Assembly (NCBI GenBank): GCA_034190185.1 | Contig: JAXHTB010000002.1 | Coordinates: 1-37,919 of the forward strand | Origin: Spirochaetota bacterium | GTDB taxonomy: Bacteria; Spirochaetota; UBA4802; JAFGDQ01 | Length of the DNA: 37,919 nucleotides | Direction: 5' to 3' | In this document: piece after piece, positions 8,568-17,692 of the stretch | Position numbering within the stretch: the first letter of the stretch is position 1 | Layout of the letters: every line of letters starts with the position of its first letter | Position numbers and translations under genes: made by a program | The notes under the pieces: generated by a model | Database searches by the model: none | Told to the model about the DNA's origin: nothing | What the model saw: the letters and a program-made list of their open reading frames with translations, nothing else

Positions 8568-9821
8568 ATGTTAGCATGGATAGACTGTACAGCGCTTAAC
8601 AACAAACACAAAATTTGGGGCATGACCATATTAGAAAGGATTATAAGGATACTTGCCTCTTCAAATATAACAAAGGTTTTTCTACCATTAGGTAAAAATG
8701 AAGAAAGCTTATGGTTTAGAAAAGATTTTAAAAGAAGTTTCCAAATAGATATTGAATTTACAGGCAATGAAAAAAGTATGTACGATTCTCTTAAGACTAT
8801 ATTCAAGGAAAATCCTAATGAACTTGTTATGCTGATTCAAGGAGAAGTTCTTTACGATCATAGAATAATTGAAAAACTTAAAAATCATACAAATCCGCTT
8901 GGAATTTATGACTCTGAAAGTGATATCTTTTCTGGCGCATTAGTGATAGACAAAACTGTTTTTGAAGAACTTCACATAAATCAGACTGATAACATTGAAA
9001 CAATCTATAAGAAATCTATATCCTTACAAATTATAGAATGGAATAATACAGAGTCTATGGATAAATATATTCTAAAACTAAGAGCCACACTTAAGCCATA
9101 TATGATCAGGTTGAAGAGTGAAAAAGATATAGATAAAGCAGAAAAATACCTTTATAATTCCGTATATAAGGGTGTTACAGATATAATGGTCAAGTATGTG
9201 TATAAATTTCCTGCGCGGATTATAACTTCAATGCTTTCAAAGACAACAATTACACCTAATAATGTAACATTTCTTAGCTCTTTATTTGCATTTATATCTA
9301 TACCATTATATGCTACAGGCTATATGGGATTTGGACTTCTTGTTTGCTATATTCATAGCTTGCTAGATGTTGTTGATGGGAAATTAGCTCGGCTTACCTA
9401 CAGGATAAGCAATACGGGAAATATTTTGGATCATGGTTCTGATTGGATTAGTCTTCCATTATGGGTTTCCGCAATAGGATGGCACCTATCAGATTCCTTA
9501 TTTTCCGGGGAGTTTTTTATTTATTCAATTTTATTTATCATTGCATATATTGTAAACAGGCTTGTCTTTTGGTTATTTTTAAGAGTACAAAAAAAACCCC
9601 TAGGTGATTTCAGGAAATTAGACCGTTATATCAGACTTTTCCCTGGCGCTAGAAAACAGGCCAGCCTTGTCATTCTTCTGATAGGCTATTTTCTTAATAT
9701 GAATGAACTGTTCTTCAAAATATTAGTTATTTTTACGATATTAAGCAGTATTTTTTATATTATTAGATTCCTTCAGTTTATGCCTCTGGCTCTTGAAAAT
9801 AGAAAACGGGAATTGATATAA
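8568..9821 (+). CDS. Membrane fusion protein: degenerate nucleotidyltransferase-like N-domain plus CDP-alcohol phosphotransferase domain (paralog 1)
   Basis: Complete D(x)2DG(x)2AR(x)8G(x)3D(x)3D motif: DVVDGKLARLTYRISNTGNILDHGSD (nt 9366-9443). There are multiple C-terminal TM helices. The N-terminal ~180 aa look like an NTP-transferase fold (IWGMTILERIIRIL..., IQGEVLYDHRII) but lack the GxGxR loop. AAGGTGA is the RBS. Confidence 0.85.
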   Translation: MLAWIDCTALNNKHKIWGMTILERIIRILASSNITKVFLPLGKNEESLWFRKDFKRSFQIDIEFTGNEKSMYDSLKTIFKENPNELVMLIQGEVLYDHRIIEKLKNHTNPLGIYDSESDIFSGALVIDKTVFEELHINQTDNIETIYKKSISLQIIEWNNTESMDKYILKLRATLKPYMIRLKSEKDIDKAEKYLYNSVYKGVTDIMVKYVYKFPARIITSMLSKTTITPNNVTFLSSLFAFISIPLYATGYMGFGLLVCYIHSLLDVVDGKLARLTYRISNTGNILDHGSDWISLPLWVSAIGWHLSDSLFSGEFFIYSILFIIAYIVNRLVFWLFLRVQKKPLGDFRKLDRYIRLFPGARKQASLVILLIGYFLNMNELFFKILVIFTILSSIFYIIRFLQFMPLALENRKRELI

Positions 9822-9830
9822 ATAATTAAG

Positions 9831-10898
9831 ATGACAATTAATACATTTATCAACAAACCGGATTCAGAGCCCTCATTTCTGCTTAATAAATTGATAGATA
9901 TGATTGAAGATATTCCGAAAGGAGAAACCCTTCATATTGCATTTTATTATCTAAGAAATATAAGGATGTGCAATGCACTTATTCAGGCTAAAGATAGAGG
10001 CGTTAAGATAAAAATTTTAATGTCTGGGAATACATATTACAAAACAGGGAATGTAGATTCAATAAAATTCTTGCGTAATAACGGATTTAATGAAAATGTA
10101 TTCAGGTTGCGGCATACTCCGAATATAATGAAAAGAAGAATGCATCTTAAACTGTTTTTGGCTTCGAAGTGCGGTAGTAGAAAATATATAAGCCTTTTCG
10201 GAACCTATAATCCTTCAGGAAATGATGAAAACGAAAAGGATGTATTTGATGTCATAGGCGATCAGGATAATGGTTATAATGTAATGATGGAAATAGAGGA
10301 AGATAAAGCAATTTATGATTATCTATTGAAATACTTTATTACACTTTTTGAAAAACCAGAAGGAAGATTTATGTATCCTTCAAAATCTTTCAGAGATATC
10401 TCTTTTTATCCAAGTCCATCCAAAAATAACAGATTCCTATCCTATATTAAGGATCTTGAACAAAATGTTGAAAATATTAAAAACCTTAGAATAAGAATAG
10501 CTGTATCGCATATCTCAGAGCGTGTAACAGTGAAAACGCTCTGTAAACTCGCAGTGATGGGTCACGATATTGAAATCATTGGTCATGACACAGAAAGAAG
10601 ATTTCCTAAAAAAGTGGAAAAGAGACTAAAAAAACATAGGGTCATGGTGATAAGATACATTCACCCTGAAGGATTCCCAATGCATTGTAAATTTATTTTA
10701 TCTGAGTATAATGATATAAATGGGAAAAGCTATTACGACTTATTTCTTGGGAGCATGAATCTTACTAATAAATCTTATTATCGAAACGATGAACTCCTTG
10801 CACTTTTTTCTAATCATACAATTTTTGAGGATTTCAGTAAATTGTATGAAGAATTGAGAGCTAACACATTAAAATATTTAGATAAAACTACTGTATAA
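9831..10898 (+). CDS. Phospholipase D superfamily protein with two HKD-like motifs
   Basis: LHIAFYYLRNIRMCNALIQAKDRGVKIKIL is a PLD-type N-terminal strand/helix. The first motif is MHLKLFLAS...GTYNPS. The second is MHCKFILSE...GSMNLTNKS. The Asp of HxK(x)4D is Ser in the first motif and Glu in the second. The gene starts 9 nt after paralog 1. Confidence 0.6.
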   Translation: MTINTFINKPDSEPSFLLNKLIDMIEDIPKGETLHIAFYYLRNIRMCNALIQAKDRGVKIKILMSGNTYYKTGNVDSIKFLRNNGFNENVFRLRHTPNIMKRRMHLKLFLASKCGSRKYISLFGTYNPSGNDENEKDVFDVIGDQDNGYNVMMEIEEDKAIYDYLLKYFITLFEKPEGRFMYPSKSFRDISFYPSPSKNNRFLSYIKDLEQNVENIKNLRIRIAVSHISERVTVKTLCKLAVMGHDIEIIGHDTERRFPKKVEKRLKKHRVMVIRYIHPEGFPMHCKFILSEYNDINGKSYYDLFLGSMNLTNKSYYRNDELLALFSNHTIFEDFSKLYEELRANTLKYLDKTTV

Positions 10899-10980
10899 TT
10901 CTTTTATTCATATCGCATAACATAATGGTAAGTTCAAATGAATTTATTTAACTAAATAATTTAGACATTATTTGTTATCT

Positions 10981-12258
10981 TTAACTTGTTAATGTATAAT
11001 CAAGATATTCTTTCTTTGAGAGAGGTAAGTAAATAAATCGGAAAAGATGGAAAAAAAATGTTATTATCTGCCAAAAAACAAAAATAAAAAAACCATAATC
11101 TGGACGGGAAAACACTAAACCGATAATCATAGTCATTAAAAAGGCATTCCTGCGCGCAATAAAGATTCTGACATAATAATCAAGTTTGGTATAATCATTT
11201 ATACTAGCATTATATAACTTTCTGAATAATTTGATCATTATACGATCAATAATATAGATTACAACCAGTAACCACGTAGATATAACAAAATAAGAATTAA
11301 AATTCAACATATTACCTTCTGCTAAACTCCAGCCAACACCAAGATACCATATTGGAAGATAAACTCTATCTGAGATATGATCCAGCCGACGTCCGGAGGT
11401 TGTTGTTCTCATTGTTAATCGAGCTAGTTTTCCATCAACTGAATCCAAAAAGCTCATAACTACTCCCATACAAATTGCGAGCCAATACCATCCAAGGAAA
11501 TAAAAAGGAATGGAGCCAAAAGCCAAAGAAATACTAAAAAGAGTGATTTGATTTGGAGTTAAGTAAGTTGGGCTTATTAAACCTACAAATATTCGAACAG
11601 GAATGGGATAAATATATTTTGTTACAAAATCAACTGCTCCCTTATATACAGAATTGAAGGAAATTAGTTTGGCTTTTTTTAATGACTGTTTATCCCTTAC
11701 TTCTAATAAATAGGGAACTAAATGCTTGCGTAGCTTTACAATATAACAGTCCATATCTTTTGTAAGGATTTTATCCAGACTAGGATTTTTGCTAAATAGA
11801 TCTTTTAAATCTTTATAATCCCTGGGATTATCGAAATCATAAACCTTTTTGCAAACACTAAAGATAAAGGGAGAGGATAAATTATCATTTTCTGTAACAT
11901 ATTTAAAATGATTTTTTTCTAACTCTTGTTGTAGATACTGGAGAATGCGGGAATCAAATACTGCATTTCCTTGTATTACTAAAAAATTGCTATCATCGTT
12001 TTTAAGAATAGAAGTTAATGTTTTAATTTCATTACTCTCTATTTGTTGAATTTTTATGTTTATAGTATTCCATTGTTTAAAATCTTTTCTTAAATTCGAT
12101 TTAATAATACTAAAGTCATTAGCTATTAGAATACATTCTTCGATGTTAATAGATGAAAGTTGTCTTAAAATCTTCTCATAAAGCGTCATGCCCCATAAAC
12201 GCAGAAGGGCTTCATCTTTATTAGCAAATATAATGGCTTTGGTTTTTTCTTTATTCAT
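10981..12258 (-). CDS. Membrane fusion protein: degenerate nucleotidyltransferase-like N-domain plus CDP-alcohol phosphotransferase domain (paralog 2)
   Basis: DSVDGKLARLTMRTTTSGRRLDHISD (nt 11368-11445) is a complete motif. The N-domain shows KAIIFANKDEALLRLWGMTLYEKILRQL and IQGNAVFDSRIL. The architecture matches 8568-9821 and 16484-17692. Confidence 0.85.
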   Translation of the reverse strand: MNKEKTKAIIFANKDEALLRLWGMTLYEKILRQLSSINIEECILIANDFSIIKSNLRKDFKQWNTINIKIQQIESNEIKTLTSILKNDDSNFLVIQGNAVFDSRILQYLQQELEKNHFKYVTENDNLSSPFIFSVCKKVYDFDNPRDYKDLKDLFSKNPSLDKILTKDMDCYIVKLRKHLVPYLLEVRDKQSLKKAKLISFNSVYKGAVDFVTKYIYPIPVRIFVGLISPTYLTPNQITLFSISLAFGSIPFYFLGWYWLAICMGVVMSFLDSVDGKLARLTMRTTTSGRRLDHISDRVYLPIWYLGVGWSLAEGNMLNFNSYFVISTWLLVVIYIIDRIMIKLFRKLYNASINDYTKLDYYVRIFIARRNAFLMTMIIGLVFSRPDYGFFIFVFWQIITFFFHLFRFIYLPLSKKEYLDYTLTS

Positions 12259-12533
12259 AATTAATTTATTTTTTTGTTATAATTCTTACTTATTGTAAGA
12301 TTTGTGTGTATTCATGTTAAAGATGCCCATAAAATATTAGTCACAACTGAAGATGTAAATACACTTTTTTTTATTCAAATGTTAGCTATATAAAACATAT
12401 TTCCACAATTGTTGTTGATAAATAGCAATAGTAATAAAAATATGTATTTTATAATACATACTCAGTCAGTATAGAAGAAATTATTTACTTACTGTAAGTA
12501 TAAAATAAATATTTGTAAATTATATAAATAGTC

Positions 12534-12551
12534 AACAATAAATTTATTGTT
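12534..12551. promoter_or_regulatory. Perfect 18-bp palindrome AACAATAAATTTATTGTT in the divergent promoter region of the phosphonate cluster
   Basis: Read directly from the sequence. It extends to a 24-nt near-palindrome (gtcaacaataaatttattgttaac). It lies ~110 nt upstream of the pepM-fusion ATG and ~275 nt upstream of the divergent paralog 2. Confidence 0.35.
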
Positions 12552-12663
12552 AACATTCATTCTCAATTTCAATTATATATATAATGATGGTGTTCCAACA
12601 TGAAATCGATTAAGTACTTAAACGTTTTGTTAATAATGAAGTATTATTAAAGGATGATAAATA

Positions 12664-13953
12664 ATGAAAAAAGTATATATAGCTATGAGTGCTGATTTAA
12701 TACATCCAGGACACCTTAATATAATTAAAGAAGGAAGCAAGTATGGTGAGGTTATTCTCGGATTGTTAACAGACAAGGCAATTGCGAGTTATAAAAGACT
12801 TCCATATATGACTTATGAACAGAGAGAAACTATTGTTGAAAACATAAAGGGTGTTTCAAAAGTTGTTCCTCAAGATTCCCTAGATTATGTCCCAAATCTT
12901 AAGAAAATTAAACCTGACTTTGTAGTACATGGTGATGACTGGAAAACAGGCATACAAAAAGAGACTAGGAGAAGGGTTATTGAAACTTTGAAAGAATGGG
13001 GGGGGAAATTAATTGAACCAAAGTACACTGAGGGAATTTCTTCAACTAAACTTAATGCTGTAATTCAAGAGATTGGAACAACACCAGGTATAAGGTTAAA
13101 AAGACTAAGAAGATTGTTATCTACTAAACAATTCGTCAGGATTTTAGAAGCTCATAATGGATTGACAGGATTAATTGTAGAAAAAACTCAAATTAATAAT
13201 AATCACATCGTAAAGGAATTTGACGGCATGTGGCTTAGCAGTTTAACTGACTCAACTGCCAAAGGGAAACCAGATATTGGATATGTTGATTTTACATCAC
13301 GGATGAATACAATAAATGATATTCTGGAGGTAACAACAAAACCAATTATATTTGATGGAGACTCTGGAGGATTGACTGAACATTTCAAGTTTATGGTAAG
13401 GTCTCTTGAAAGAGAAGGTGTATCTGCTGTAATAATTGAAGACAAAATTGGATTAAAGAAGAATTCACTATTAGGTATTGAAGCAAATCAGACACAGGAT
13501 AGTATAGAAAATTTTTCATTTAAAATTAGCGAGGGTAAAAAGGCTCAAATTACTGATGATTTTATGATTATCGCACGTATTGAGAGTTTAATCCTTAAGG
13601 CCGGTATGGATGATGCCCTAAAAAGAGCCAGAGAGTTCATTTCTGCAGGTGCAGATGGAATAATGATACATAGTTGCGAGAAAAAACCTGATGAAATTCT
13701 TGAATTCTGTGAAGAGTATAGAAAAATTGAAAACAGAATGCCCTTGGTTGTAGTGCCTAGTACATATAATATGATTACTGAAGAAGAGCTGGCTGAAGCA
13801 GGGGTTAGAATTGTTATATATGCCAATCAATTATTAAGAAGCGCTTATCCGGCTATGGTTAAAACAGCCAAGTCGATTTTAGAAAATGAAAGAGCATTAG
13901 AATGTGATGATTTCTGTACGCCTGTTAAGGATATATTAACATTGATTTCATAG
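12664..13953 (+). CDS. pepM: Bifunctional cytidylyltransferase / phosphoenolpyruvate phosphomutase (Fom1-like architecture)
   Basis: The N-terminal ~130 aa carry the HxGH cytidylyltransferase signature ([12 protein letters not shown]) and [10 protein letters not shown] (RTxGISTT-type). The C-terminal domain carries the PepM-diagnostic EDKxxxxxNS motif ([13 protein letters not shown]) and an isocitrate-lyase/PEP-mutase fold ([17 protein letters not shown]). Confidence 0.92.
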   Translation: MKKVYIAMSADLIHPGHLNIIKEGSKYGEVILGLLTDKAIASYKRLPYMTYEQRETIVENIKGVSKVVPQDSLDYVPNLKKIKPDFVVHGDDWKTGIQKETRRRVIETLKEWGGKLIEPKYTEGISSTKLNAVIQEIGTTPGIRLKRLRRLLSTKQFVRILEAHNGLTGLIVEKTQINNNHIVKEFDGMWLSSLTDSTAKGKPDIGYVDFTSRMNTINDILEVTTKPIIFDGDSGGLTEHFKFMVRSLEREGVSAVIIEDKIGLKKNSLLGIEANQTQDSIENFSFKISEGKKAQITDDFMIIARIESLILKAGMDDALKRAREFISAGADGIMIHSCEKKPDEILEFCEEYRKIENRMPLVVVPSTYNMITEEELAEAGVRIVIYANQLLRSAYPAMVKTAKSILENERALECDDFCTPVKDILTLIS

Positions 13954-14051
13954 AGCATTAAATCTGTTACTGTACTCGCTATTGATCATCAAAAAACAAG
14001 AAGTATGACTAAAATTTATTGAATACGCAGAGTAGGGGGTAATCCCAAAGT

Positions 14052-14087
14052 CATTCCGGCAGATGCAGGAATGATAGTATATGATTG
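14052..14087. repeat. REP-like stem-loop element, copy A (ATTCC-N10-GGAAT hairpin plus ATGATAGTATATGATTG tail)
   Basis: cattccggcagatgcaggaatg is followed by atagtatatgattg. A related copy is at 20029-20072. This copy lies in the 226-nt gap between pepM and ppd. Confidence 0.5.
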
Positions 14088-14179
14088 TTGTTTACCCTAC
14101 AATTTAGACTATGCTCAAATTATCTAAGAGAAATATTTCTTAATTTTAAATAACATATAATTTCTTATAAAAGAAAAAA

Positions 14180-15274
14180 ATGAAACCAGATATATTTATT
14201 AACATTTTAAAAGATCACGATTTTGCCCATTTTATGGGGGTTCCATGCTCAGTATTTACAAATCTAATAAATTATCTTGAGGATTGTGAGGATATAAAAA
14301 ATTATACGGCATCCTCTGAGGGTGAAGCTATGGGATTGGCTGCTGGATTCTCATTATGCGGGAAAGTTCCTGTGATTTATATGCAAAATGATGGATATGG
14401 AAATATTATTAATCCATTATCATCCCTGCAACTTTTATATAAATTGCCTGCATTATTGCTGATATCTTGGCGCGGGGAACCAGGTAAAAAGGATGCTCCG
14501 CAACATACTGTAATGGGCAATACAATCTTGCAGCTTCTGGATATATTTAATATCCCAAAAATTATTCTTGATGAAGATCTTGAGAAAGTTAAACTATATA
14601 TAAGTGAAGTAAAACAGCATTTTAAACATAATAGAACTCCTTTTGCCTTTATTATAAAAAAGGGGTATTTTGAAAATTATGAAAAAAAATTATCCCCTTC
14701 ACCTATAAACCAACATTTCAGAATCGAATTTATCGATCTACTTTCAGATTATATTGATGAAAGGGATGTATTGCTTGGAGCTACAGGTTTCTCTGGACGA
14801 GAGCTTTACCAGAGTGTAAATCATAATGGAAAATTCTACATGATGGGTTCTATGGGGTGCTTGGCCAGTATTGGGATGGCAATTGCAGAGGAAAAAAGAG
14901 ATAGAAGAATATTTGTATTTGATGGTGATGGAGCAATTTTAATGAAAATGGGAACACTTGCCACAGTTGGATATTATAAGCCGAATAACCTGATTCATAT
15001 ATGCTTTGATAATGAAACATACGAATCAACTGGTGGTCAGAAAACGACATCTCAAACAGTCGATTACATAAAAGTTTCAAAAGCATGCGGCTACAGATCA
15101 GCAGTATATATTGAACGTATTGAAGAATTTAAAGAACTTTTAATAAATATTAAAGAATATGACAAACCGCTTTTCGTACAGATAAAAGTTAAACCAGGAA
15201 CCGTTGAGAACCTTACAAGACCCGCTGATTCTCCAGAAGATATGAAAAATAAAATTATGGAATTTTTAAAATAA
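14180..15274 (+). CDS. ppd: Phosphonopyruvate decarboxylase (ThDP-dependent)
   Basis: 364-aa single-chain Ppd-type layout. The ThDP motif is FVFDGDGAILMKMGTLATVG...ICFDNETYESTGGQ. The N-terminal PYR-domain shows GVPCS...EGEAMGLAAG. It lies immediately downstream of pepM. Confidence 0.9.
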   Translation: MKPDIFINILKDHDFAHFMGVPCSVFTNLINYLEDCEDIKNYTASSEGEAMGLAAGFSLCGKVPVIYMQNDGYGNIINPLSSLQLLYKLPALLLISWRGEPGKKDAPQHTVMGNTILQLLDIFNIPKIILDEDLEKVKLYISEVKQHFKHNRTPFAFIIKKGYFENYEKKLSPSPINQHFRIEFIDLLSDYIDERDVLLGATGFSGRELYQSVNHNGKFYMMGSMGCLASIGMAIAEEKRDRRIFVFDGDGAILMKMGTLATVGYYKPNNLIHICFDNETYESTGGQKTTSQTVDYIKVSKACGYRSAVYIERIEEFKELLINIKEYDKPLFVQIKVKPGTVENLTRPADSPEDMKNKIMEFLK

Positions 15275-16374
15275 TGTGGAAATATTCTAATCCTGTTAAG
15301 ATTATTTTTTCTGAACGTTTAACAGAAGGAATAATTCCGATTATTAGAGATAAAAATAAAATATTAATTATATGTTCTCAGCGGTTTACAAAAACAGAAG
15401 ATTACAATAATTTGACAAAGGGTCAAGATCGATATACTATTTTTATGGATATTGAAAATAATCCATCCTTTAGCAGTTGCCAAAAGGCAATAAACCATGT
15501 TAAAGACCTTAAACCTGATACAATCATAGCTATTGGCGGAGGATCGGTTTTAGATACTGCAAAAGCAGCAAGAATGGCATATTATAAATCATGCTATGAC
15601 ATTGAGAAATTATTCAATAATGAAAATATTCCTGTTACTAAACCTCTTTTTATTGCCATTCCTACAAATCACGGAACAAGCAGTGAACTTACTATGTGGG
15701 CAACTATATGGGATAAGAAAAATAATAAAAAGTATTCTTTATCTGAATTTGATAATTATCCTGATTACGCAATTTATGATGTTAATTTAATAAATTCTTT
15801 GCCAGTAGTAGAATCTTTAACCTCTGTCCTTGATGCTTTATCTCACTCTTTTGAGTCCTTGTGGAATAAAAATTCGAATCCAATCTCTGATCTTTTTGCA
15901 ATAGAAGCAATAAAATTGATTATTCAAAATATTTCCAAATTAAATAATCAGACGACAATAGATGTTAGGAAAAACCTTTTAACTGCATCGATCTATGCAG
16001 GCTTGGCGTTTTCCAATACTAAAACTGCCGCAGCTCACTCAATTAGTTATCCTTTGTCATTGTATTTCAATATCCCACATGGAATTGCATGTTCAATGCC
16101 TCTTTTCCCTCTGCTTAAAATAAATCAAAACACAATACAATACAAGATAGACAATTTGCTTAATATTTTGCGTCTTAATAATATTGAAGAATTATGGAGG
16201 GATGTTCTTAATTCAGTTATAAGTAAAATTCCTTTTACACTTCAAGAATTTGGAGTAAAAAAGAGCGATATTAACTGGCTCGTTGATATGTCTTTTACTA
16301 AAGATAGAATGGCTAACAATATAGTTAATTTAAATAAAAACGATGTCTATAATATATTAAAAGATATATATTAA
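15274..16374 (+). CDS. Iron-containing (group III) alcohol dehydrogenase, predicted phosphonoacetaldehyde reductase (PhpC/FomC/DhpG class)
   Basis: IIAIGGGSVLDTAKAA is the nucleotide loop. AAHSISYPLSLYFNIPHGIAC carries the metal-binding histidines. The ATG overlaps the ppd stop (TAATG), which implies translational coupling. Confidence 0.8.
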   Translation: MWKYSNPVKIIFSERLTEGIIPIIRDKNKILIICSQRFTKTEDYNNLTKGQDRYTIFMDIENNPSFSSCQKAINHVKDLKPDTIIAIGGGSVLDTAKAARMAYYKSCYDIEKLFNNENIPVTKPLFIAIPTNHGTSSELTMWATIWDKKNNKKYSLSEFDNYPDYAIYDVNLINSLPVVESLTSVLDALSHSFESLWNKNSNPISDLFAIEAIKLIIQNISKLNNQTTIDVRKNLLTASIYAGLAFSNTKTAAAHSISYPLSLYFNIPHGIACSMPLFPLLKINQNTIQYKIDNLLNILRLNNIEELWRDVLNSVISKIPFTLQEFGVKKSDINWLVDMSFTKDRMANNIVNLNKNDVYNILKDIY

Positions 16375-16483
16375 CCTTCACTCATAAGAAAATGCTTGAT
16401 CATTTCCTATTCTCCTGCAGATGATAATCTAATAGATATTTACCTTACATATCTATATAATTCATATAAAAAAAGGGAAGCAA

Positions 16484-17692
16484 ATGAATATTATTATCTT
16501 TGCATTAAATTTAAAGACTGAATTCAAATTATGGAACTTAACAACACTTGAAAGGCTGTTATTCACTTTGAATTCTGAAGAAAAAAGAGACATTACAATC
16601 ATATTAAATTCGTCATTTAATTTACCAAAAATAGTAGAGAAAAATAGGAATACAAAGATTACAATAAAACAAATTAATAGTATAAATGATGAAGAATTTT
16701 CTAAAGTGCTCGATCAAATTGATTCATCTGTGATTTTATTAAATGGAAATTACGTTTATGATCCTAGATGCCTTAGGAAAATTCTAAATTCAAAAACTGA
16801 TGTAATGTTGTACGATCCAAACAATGAAAATGCATTTGGAGTAAAATTATATCCTGATAATTTAAGATTATTGCAAAAGAACAAAATCAATGATTATAAT
16901 GATCTTTATAATTTTATAAAAGATAATACAAAGATAAAGCAATTATCAGTAAATGATATTCCTGCAAGAATCGATAGTATCAAAAAAGATATTGTCCCCT
17001 TTATTATCAGGTTGGAAAATAAACGAAATAATAAAAATGCAGAAAAAATCATATTTAATATGCAGTACAAGGGTGTTATGGATATTATATATATGTATCT
17101 TTACAGACCTGTTGTGGAAATATGCGTCAAATTCTTAAGTAAATTGGGAGTACATCCTAATTCAGTTAGTATAATAAATATATTTATTGGGATATTGGCT
17201 ATCCCCCTTTTCCTTACAGGGCATTTTTTATATGCACTGATCTTAACCCTGATTACAATGATTATGGATGCAATCGACGGACCTCTGGCAAGATTAACCT
17301 TTAAAACCAGCAAATTGGGACATTATCTTGATAAAATAACGCATATGGTACTTCATATTTCATGGCTCTTGTCAATCGGATTTGCATTAAGTCGACTTCA
17401 TGGAAACTATATCCCCATATTCATTTCATTGACAATAATTGCAATGTTTTTTATTTTTCGAGGAATTCGAAGTTCATTTAGACGAAAATTTCACAGAAGT
17501 ATTTATGATTTGTCCCGTTTCGATATTATTTTTAGAAGCATCTCCGGAAATAGATGGAATATAAATATGATTTTTTTATTTAGTGGAATAATAACAGGTG
17601 ATTTTCTTATGTCATTGTATATGATCACTATCTGGAATGGATTTTGTTTATTATTCTATGCAACGAGATTTATTTTTTATAAAGTAGGATAA
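16484..17692 (+). CDS. Membrane fusion protein: degenerate nucleotidyltransferase-like N-domain plus variant CDP-alcohol phosphotransferase domain (paralog 3)
   Basis: In DAIDGPLARLTFKTSKLGHYLDKITH (nt 17267-17344) the last Asp of the family motif is His. The N-domain shows LWNLTTLERLLFTL and LNGNYVYDPRCL. The stop overlaps the flippase ATG (TAATG). Confidence 0.8.
   Translation: MNIIIFALNLKTEFKLWNLTTLERLLFTLNSEEKRDITIILNSSFNLPKIVEKNRNTKITIKQINSINDEEFSKVLDQIDSSVILLNGNYVYDPRCLRKILNSKTDVMLYDPNNENAFGVKLYPDNLRLLQKNKINDYNDLYNFIKDNTKIKQLSVNDIPARIDSIKKDIVPFIIRLENKRNNKNAEKIIFNMQYKGVMDIIYMYLYRPVVEICVKFLSKLGVHPNSVSIINIFIGILAIPLFLTGHFLYALILTLITMIMDAIDGPLARLTFKTSKLGHYLDKITHMVLHISWLLSIGFALSRLHGNYIPIFISLTIIAMFFIFRGIRSSFRRKFHRSIYDLSRFDIIFRSISGNRWNINMIFLFSGIITGDFLMSLYMITIWNGFCLLFYATRFIFYKVG

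Noticed and set aside
13203-13830. Minus-strand ORFs inside pepM (13203-13445, 13545-13826, 13618-13830), and similar internal ORFs in other genes (14850-15086, 15596-15790, 16953-17138, 17101-17313, 18699-18929, 21618-21830, 22813-23139, 24330-24626, 26163-26357, 29369-29563, 31082-31291, 31955-32167, 35534-35794, 36207-36389, 36383-36646)
   Set aside because: Each is nested in, or antisense to, a gene with strong family motifs, and none has motifs of its own.
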